The position numbers and the translations under genes are program-made. DNA of 64,000 nt from Bugula neritina. Lineage: Eukaryota > Animalia > Bryozoa. The notes beneath the pieces were generated by a model. It saw nothing but the letters and a program-made list of their open reading frames with translations, was not told the origin of the DNA and did not search any database. The DNA lies in contig OZ037772.1 of assembly GCA_964035545.1 (NCBI GenBank), positions 6,308,889 through 6,372,888 on the forward strand, given 5' to 3'. This document shows, one piece after another, positions 55,601-64,000 of this stretch. How positions within the stretch are numbered: position 1 is the stretch's first letter; each line of letters opens with the position of its first letter.

Positions 55601-58600
55601 TAAAAACTGAAATGACTGAAATGTGTCACAAATGCTTTATGATTTCTTCAAAGAGAAATGAATTGCATCCAATTTTGTATTCAAGTGTCTAAAATGGCCA
55701 TCAGTACGCAAAGAGGTGTGTCACTTAGATCAGCTTGATGATAGGATGTAGTTTAAAAGATTAGGCTATGCTGCATTCTAACTTTATCCGAGTTGCATTC
55801 AATTCTTTCCCATACAAGTGAAACTGCTTCTGTTTGTAATTTTTCAATGAGACATTTGTAACTTTCATAACAAACTACCTTTATGTCTGCGATTGTAGAA
55901 TTCTTTCCAAAACCTTGTCAAAAATGTAAAGCAAACATAACTTTGATATTTGACTTTTACAAAAAATTATAATTTGTTTGCAAGCAAACAAAACAATGAA
56001 TAATATGTTGGTTTACTAACATAATAAATTAATTGATGAAATATTTTACGATGCATTTGCATTGTCATTATACGGAAACAACAAGCATGATGTTGACCTA
56101 CAGTATAAAAACTAGAAAAACAGTGATCTGTTACAACTGCATGATCTAATATCTCTTCAAATATGAGCAGGCCACACTGGACTCGGTATTCAAGTGAGTT
56201 AGTTAGGAGTTAGTTAGTTGCTAGATTCTACAGTGTTATTTTATATTCTCAGTATTTGTACCCAATAAATCTACAATGTAATACACTACAAATCAACACC
56301 ATCTTGTCACACACCACTATAGATACCATTATGAGAAACTTACGCAAGTTTATATTTACCATCCCTGTGAGAAACCCTGTTAAAAAAGGTTTTAATACAT
56401 CAGGCTGAGGACTTGTTCAGATGAGGTACATGCTTGCAGGAAAAATTATGACTGAATGCTCTTTCTAACGTCACCAATGACCAAAGGTTCGAACCCATGA
56501 CTTCATCTTTGCTAAGCAAACACACTAGCCGCTAGAACACAGCTGCTGACTATACATACTAGTGTAAAGCAAATACAGTTTGTCATTGTATTTATTATTC
56601 TGCATAAAGACTACTTTCCAATATTGTACAATATAGTCTTGTTTTATTTGAGTGAAATGTCAATAATCAAACTGCCAAGTCAAGAGTCTGCTCTGCTTTG
56701 CTTTGGTTTAAAATTAAAATATTTAAATCACATTTTTACTTCGACTGAAAAAATACCGAGTTTCAGTTAGTCTCACTCGTCAGAGTACCCCTTTACAGTT
56801 TTACTGCAAATCACTAAAGTCAAATAGAAGCAGAAGCTCACTTACTAATATTAAATATAACTTGTCTAATTACTACTTGCATGATGCCCTTTGAAAATGT
56901 AGCGAATTAGTTAAGTTGACAGCATAAAACCGTTAATTTGGAAAAGCAGTTGATATAATTATAACAGAACTATACTGATACCTACAAGGAATATTGATTG
57001 TTATTCTTAAATCGGTCGATTGGATTCTTTTGGTTACCTTTCACCTTCGTGGTCCTGCCAAGAGAATAGGTTTTCAATAAAAGTCTCTAAGTTTGCAGAT
57101 GCTTTCAAAAATGCGCAATCAAAATAACAAGAACATAAACAAAATGCAAAACTTATTTGTGGTCAAAACATGCATTTAAAAATAGGGGCGCAACACAAAT
57201 TTGAAGCAGCTGATTATATAGTATATTACTTAAATTGGTGAATATTGATTTTTAGTCAACACGGAACTTCCTCAATGCTTGTCTGTTCCCAGCATAGCGC
57301 TATCATTTTATGACGCAAATTCAATTTTGTCTATATATTATCTATTTGATCTTTGTTTAATCAATTTTTTTTCAAGTTCATGCGTTGGTATTTAGTTCTT
57401 TCAAATGCTAGTGAAATCATTTCGTTTTTTATTGAGTGCAGATTTAATCTTCTTTCATTTGCATGCTTAGAAATAGATTACAAGGAAAACTTCAGCATTT
57501 TGATTTCAAGGTGATTGTTATATAAGTGAAATGCAAATTAAGAAAGTCAACAGCAATTAGGTCTGATGTAGAGATAGATTATGCATAATTATATAACCAT
57601 AATAGATAGCAAGTATATCCTTAGTGCAAAGCAAATTTGTGATCTATAAATGGTTTTAAATTAATGCGAGTTCAATAGAAATTCCAAGAAGCTAATTATG
57701 TTAGTGAAGATTGACTTTCAGCTCCAACAAGGAACTTTCTAACTATATAGTCCACTGTATATTAGCATAGTGCCTCTTTTGTATCAATTTATTTGTATCT
57801 ACATATATGGTTGTTATCTTTTCAGTCCATCTTATGACATTTAATTTTTGGTATATGATTATTAACTTTTTGATTTTTTTCAGCTTACATCTTTTGATGT
57901 TCACGCTTTGGTATATATTTAGATTTTCAAATGCTAATAAAAACACATCTTCTACATTATTGAGTTCAGATTTAATCTTCTTTTATTGTCATAATATGGA
58001 AAATATAACAAAAGGAGTTTTAAAATTACAATTTAAGATAACTTCGGCAAAACTGATATTTATAAAGAACTTTTCAAACACATGCCAACGCAAATCTAAA
58101 ATTTAAATCTACACAGCATTTATTATATTAGACATCAAGTTCAATTTATAAAATGCATCTGCATTGTTATTACATTTAAGTACCAAGCATAATATGGTGA
58201 CCTACAAATTAAAAACTGGAATGACCAAAGTGTGCCACAAATGCGCTATGAACTTTTCAAACAGAAATGAATTGCATCCAATTTTGTATTCAAGTGTCTA
58301 AAATGGCCATCAGTACGCAAAGAGGTGTGTCACTTAGATCAGCTTGTATAGACAGTATGTAGTCTAAAATATTATGCAATGCTGCAGTCCAACTTTATCT
58401 GAGTCGCATTCAACAAGTGATACTGCTTGTGTTTGTAATTTTTTAATTAGGCATTTGTAACTTTCATAAAAAAATTACTTTCATGTCTGTGGTTGTAGAA
58501 TTCTTTCCAAAACCTTGTCAAAAACGTAAAGCAAACGTAATTTTGATATTTGACTTGTCCAAAAGCTTTAATTTGTTTGCAAGCAAACAAAACAACGAAT

Positions 58601-59533
58601 GTTGGTTTACTAACATAATAAATTAATTGATGAAATATTTTACGATGCATTTGCATTGTAATTATACGGAAACAACAAGCATGATGTTGACCTATACAGC
58701 TTAACAACTAGAAAAAACAGTGATCTGTTACAACTGCATGATCTAATATCTCTTGGAATATAAGCAGGCCACACTGGTTTTAGTATTCAAGTGTCCAATG
58801 TGGCTGCCAGGATGTCAACTATAGTGAGTCACATTTGTGTAGTTTATATTCACATTAGCTCTAGTATATGTTTGAGTATAGGCTGTATTCTATATTCAAT
58901 GTTGCTGTGATTTACAAATTATAAATATTTTGTAGTATATAATTATAGTCATTTAGAATAACTAGTGCATATGTTTAGATGTGCCGTGGTTTATATATAG
59001 ATATGTTTTTGTTTTTTCATCCTATATATATTTGATATATTTTGTATTTATCTTTGGGTATACATGCATGAACACTCCAACATCTTATAATTTTTGTTAT
59101 ACAATGTCTCCTAAAGTAGTTTAAATTTTTCAAAACATGACAAAGAAGTATACGTATGTGTATAGGGATATATTTGCAAGACTTAAAAATCAATTTTCAT
59201 CGTTTAATCTACAATTCAGTTTATACAAAATCTTGCAATCAAGCTAAATAATTATTGATATGCTGTATACAATGTGTTTGGTATACACAAAGTTGTAATG
59301 TTTAATCTTACAAGAGGGAGTTTAGAGCCTTGAATTAAAACATTTGTAAATTACATTATTGATCACACTCTTTTTTGTCTTTGCAAATAGTTTTACAAAA
59401 TTTAACTCAAAACTAAAAATCAAGTCACTTTTATTTTGGCTCAAAAGCTTATTTATTTATTTATATAAATGAATGAAACAGTATAAACTTATAGATTCAA
59501 GCTTTGCAATTGCATATATATAAACATAAGGGA

Positions 59534-61046
59534 TTACAAATATCCACGGAATTTTATTTCTGTGGTTTTTAAAGAGTCATTTTGACCTTTCCAGTTTGAC
59601 CAGTTTACGCCATTAGCGTAGGAAGTATGCTTTCCATTCAAGTACTTGCCATTCAAATTGGAAGAATGACACGCGCCATACCACCAAGCACCATTAAATA
59701 TGGTTGCACAGGAGTGAGGGTAATTATCATTGTCTCTATCACGTGTTGAAAACTTTCGTCCATTGCCATGATATGAAAGGCCATCACCTAAAGATTAAAT
59801 ACTTCACTTTCTGAATAATAATGAGCTATTTTCATAAAGTAAATAAAGTTATTGTAATTACTCATGTAAAATCCATATTTTAATATTTTGTGACAATCAA
59901 TTACAGTTGGCCTAGCTAATTTTAAGTAGCTTTTCAGAGTAAAATTTCCTAAAATAAACTAAGTACTCTACTTGGGTAACTATCACCTCTCAATCAATAT
60001 AATGCATCAATTTAGCCATAATATTTTAATGACCAAACATTGTTTTTATTGTCGTTTGTCTTTGCAGTAAAGCGTTATATAGTTGCGAGTTTAAGCAAAC
60101 GTTTTGCACTGCAACTATATAATTTTTGAGCTTTTTAATACAACAAAAGATGTTTAAACCAAAAGTCTTTAAAAGCGTTACCAGCAGTTTAGTAAAAGTA
60201 ATTTTTAAGCCAATAAATGGAGCATTATTGCTATAAAAATTGTGAACAAAAATTAGAAATGTAAGCCTAATTTGGGCAATTGATTCAGTTGCTGTAATCA
60301 GATATTTGCATTCTGTTAGAAATTTATACCTGCTGTCCCGGTATAGCCAGAAACTGAAAGTGTATATCCAGTTGACTCATCACCAACATTGAAGCTGCTG
60401 TACTCAGCATAAGCTTGTTCATTGGTTGTACTTTCAAGGTCAAATCTCAACTCATTCTTAGGATTGGCTTGCAGAAGGGCTACCAATTTGTCATTTCCAA
60501 GCCAGAACTCTCCATTCAAGTCACCAAAACCCAGTTTGTAGTTGTACCAGTTTCTGTAGAAATCAACTGAACCATCCATTCTTCTTTGAAACACCTAACA
60601 ATTAGGTAAAAAGAAAATTTAATTTTATTGGTTAACAGAACTGTATCTCTATTATGCAGTCTCAGGTTCGATATTTGCTATGCAAGTTTGCTTTTATTAT
60701 TCTCCTGGTTGAAAACTAATCTAACGAGTAATATAAATATATGTATCAGAATATGGTAGTAGGGATGAGTGAATGCTATATAATCTGAAAATCAAAACAA
60801 ACATCTTTTTAAACAACCGCTATAATATAACAACAACAGAATATTGATACTAACAGTCCATCCACCTCCATCAGTTTTCTGGTCACAGAAGACATCAAAT
60901 GAGTAGTGTTCCTGCCCTGTTGGGTAGATCTTGTATACACCGCTAGCACCACCATATCCAAGACACAGTAGGTCTAAACATGTTCTGGGTTTGTCATATG
61001 GTTTTGTCTTCATTCTCTCCAAACAATATTCCTCTACATCGCCTTG
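59534..61046 (-). CDS. FReD copy F (exons 61046-60855, 60594-60330, 59787-59534), open; signal exon not in window
   Basis: [35 protein letters not shown]|VFQRRMDGS..|[53 protein letters not shown]; intron-1 homology with copy E stops at 61533. Confidence 0.88.
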
Positions 61047-64000
61047 CTACAAACACAATGTCCTACAGTATTGTATCTAGTAGTTATAGGTATGCTGGTT
61101 AGATGTTGTTTTATTTGAATATATTTTAGGTCTGTAAATTTAGCACAACTAGCACTTTTTCAATGTTCAATATGTCAAGGATGCAAAGAACTGAGAATAT
61201 ATTAGCTGGAGAATACAAAGCCAATGACAATGCTGTCTAAGACTATTTATAGCAATTAAATGTTGCATAATAGAAACTTACTATGTTGGTAATTTCTTGG
61301 AAGGAATTACTATACATTGAAAAATTTTCGAGTGATAATAAATTAATTTTTTTTAAACGCTTTTAACAAAAATACGTAAGCTCTAAAAGTCAGTAAAGCA
61401 TTTTAGCAAATTTTTATAAAGAATTCTACGTTTAAGTAAAATCTCTTTTACTTTGCTGATTTATTCAAATAAAAACTTTTGTTTTTTACTAAATATATAG
61501 CACACATATTTTGCAAGCTCAATACGATGACTCCAGTATATATTTTCCTAGAATGTTGTTTAGAGACATAAAAAAACTGCCTATGCACAACATACTTTGC
61601 ATCTGTTTAGTATCTCGTAATTAGACATAAAAAAATCAAAGCCAATTATAAGGCAAAAGACCATAATACTGTACTATCATTGGATAGTTCTTCATCAATA
61701 AACAGGTAGTTGCCAGTGGTGGATATGAACCCCTCCTAGATGTTTCTCGTACTTCTTCCTCAAAAAACATTTTCATTAAGCCAAAAAGAAATAACAATAC
61801 ACCTTTTTAGTTGACACTTTTTAATTTCTGACTGATATTTCACCTTATTTCCAATTATAATTAACTTTTAACCGGCACTTTTCTTTGTAGTAATTCCTAC
61901 CCTTTAGACTGTGTACTTTGAAATGAGTCTGTTTTACTCGTTACATAAAGTATAGTTGTACTGGCTACAGGTTGACACAAAAGCAAGCCTATCTTGATAA
62001 AATCATGCGCAAATGTAGAAACTACCGAGGAGTTTGTTCCTCATAATTAGAAATTGACAAATTATTTTTAATCCGTTTAAAAGCATCTGGTTAGGGAAGC
62101 ATATGCCGTGTTCAATTTGTTATTCTAGCATTAACAATAACAGAATGCAATAATTATAAGTTTATGAAAGTAATTTGTTTTCTTTCTAATTACAAATATA
62201 ATATTTTAGTATATATTGTAAATTCATAAGGCTTGCATTAGGAATATAACGCAGCTAAAACATCATTTTCCTTAAAGTCTTAAAAATATATAAGTATAAC
62301 ATAATACACTATGCCAATAAACTTATTAAAGTACCAAGCAAGCTTAGCTAGTTTAAGAAAAATTACACTAGGTAAATTCCCATTATTTATGGAATGCTTG
62401 CTGATATTAGCTTTTGATGTAATTAAAGTAAATTATTATTTATCTTTCTAGCTAAGGATTTCTTGCCGTAGGTTTTGCTTTTATGCATGGAGAAATGTCG
62501 TAACAAACGAGTTAAATTTTTGTAGCACATAAAAATGTAATCTATAAGTCGAAGATATTTAAACTTAGCCATTAACTCATTTTAATTAGCAATGTAGCCT
62601 AAATCTAATACAATACAAAATATATACCAGTATATATAATATATTTTTACCATGCTGTTAATTACAGTATTTGTAAAACAAATTTTATGCTCATTAATTA
62701 AATTCAACAAATATTTATAAAATACTAATAATGTTGAATAAATAAATTCAGTAATTCCTTTTCTATTTAAATGGCTGCATAATTTCTTGCAAGGTTGTAT
62801 AAAGGAGTTGTGGCCTACAACTTATTATGTGTTCAATTGCCACATATGTCTTAGGAAGAAGAAAACTCCCCAAAAATTCTTAGTTTGAAAATTCTAGTAT
62901 AATTAAAATCACTTAATATATGTCTTTGAAATGCATTTTGCCACTCTGCAATATTGCAGGAACAAATATTGCATGAAGTAATAAATGATTTATGAAGTAA
63001 TTAACAAACCAACGTAAAAACTGTTGTTGTATATAGAACACAACATATTGATTTTCTTCAATTTCCACATCAAATCTATATATTCAATTATATCTAACCG
63101 ATGCTAATAAACTAAACATGCATGCATACAAATATTTGCATCATATGCAAGTAATATTAGCTAATTAGCAACTATAGCATTTTTTTCATTATCTTTATTG
63201 CTTGCATATGTCTAAGTATTATTAAAATAAGGTTTTTATTTGCAACTTTGCACCACAAATTACATAAAATCTAAAAACTTGAGTTGTGACATGCATTAGG
63301 GCTACCTATACACAAATAGACCTTCATAAAACTTTCAATGATTTTATTCAACTCATGTATGCAAAAGTTTTGCATTAAAACAATTCTTCTAAATCACCCT
63401 AGAGCAGGAAATTATTACAAAAACAGCTTCTCATATATAATCTTTCTTCAGATTAATTTTTTTTCCTGTATTTAAACTAACTCAGCAAGTGAAGATTGTG
63501 ATATCACTCAGGTAATCACATATATATTATTCATAGCTGTAATACTTTAGCAATGAATAGATCATGTTTAATTTCCACTCTACCTATAGCAGTTTTTCAG
63601 AATTATAGAGCTATGTATATGGAATAGCCTAATAGTTTTACATGTGTTTATAGCTAGACAAATTAACTTAAAAAGCTTACAATAATTAGATGATATTTGC
63701 ATTCTTTTGAAGGTTATGGTGAAGCTACTGCAAAACTGGCCATTAGTTTAGCATAATATGCAATGCCACGCAAAAGCATGCCAAACAAGCAATGTTTATT
63801 TACCTTACCAGTGCAATTTTATCACCTTAAACACAAAAGCAAGTATAAAATACACATCCATATTAGATTAACTGTCAAGTTAAAAAAAGACAACATATAT
63901 TCATGAGCTGGTTCTGTTTGCACAAGTACAATTTAGACCAGCTTATTATTTAGATTGCCACAAAAATATGACGTAAAATATGTCTTTAATCATTATTTTG

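Larger units (their letters stand above)
37955..61533. repeat. Large imperfect inverted duplication: arm 1 ~37955-47600 (FReD E to P3), arm 2 ~51250-61533 (P4 to FReD F), spacer ~3.6 kb
   Basis: Colinear reverse-complement matches across exons, introns, SINEs and the tandem-duplication junction (43290 vs 56196). Confidence 0.9.

Overview
AT-rich eukaryotic DNA with GT-AG introns, most consistent with an invertebrate animal; I cannot name the species from sequence alone. The window is a rearranged cluster in which two putative secreted lectin families alternate. (1) Six fibrinogen-related-domain (FReD, ficolin/tachylectin-5-like) copies built on a 4-exon plan: two complete and open (13897-16732 and 37826-39993), two open but missing 5' exons in the window (4998-6004; 59534-61046 on -), one with a microhomology-bounded internal deletion and one truncated by an LTR-element remnant. 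(2) A 5-exon gene encoding signal peptide + PAN/Apple + PAN/Apple + divergent F-type-lectin domain, present as about five copies or fragments, all disrupted or incomplete as assembled. The locus is built from segmental tandem duplications plus a ~10-kb inverted duplication whose subunits appear to have exchanged sequence. Non-coding features include four minimal type I hammerhead ribozyme motifs of the kind found in Penelope-like elements (two back-to-back in a ~200-bp palindrome), two solo LTRs with 5-bp TSDs, a foldback MITE inserted in (TA)n, a tRNA-derived SINE family, a LINE-like 3' end inside an exon, and many microsatellites. Many listed ORFs are microsatellite, antisense or off-frame artefacts. 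All comparisons were made by eye; no alignments or database searches were run.
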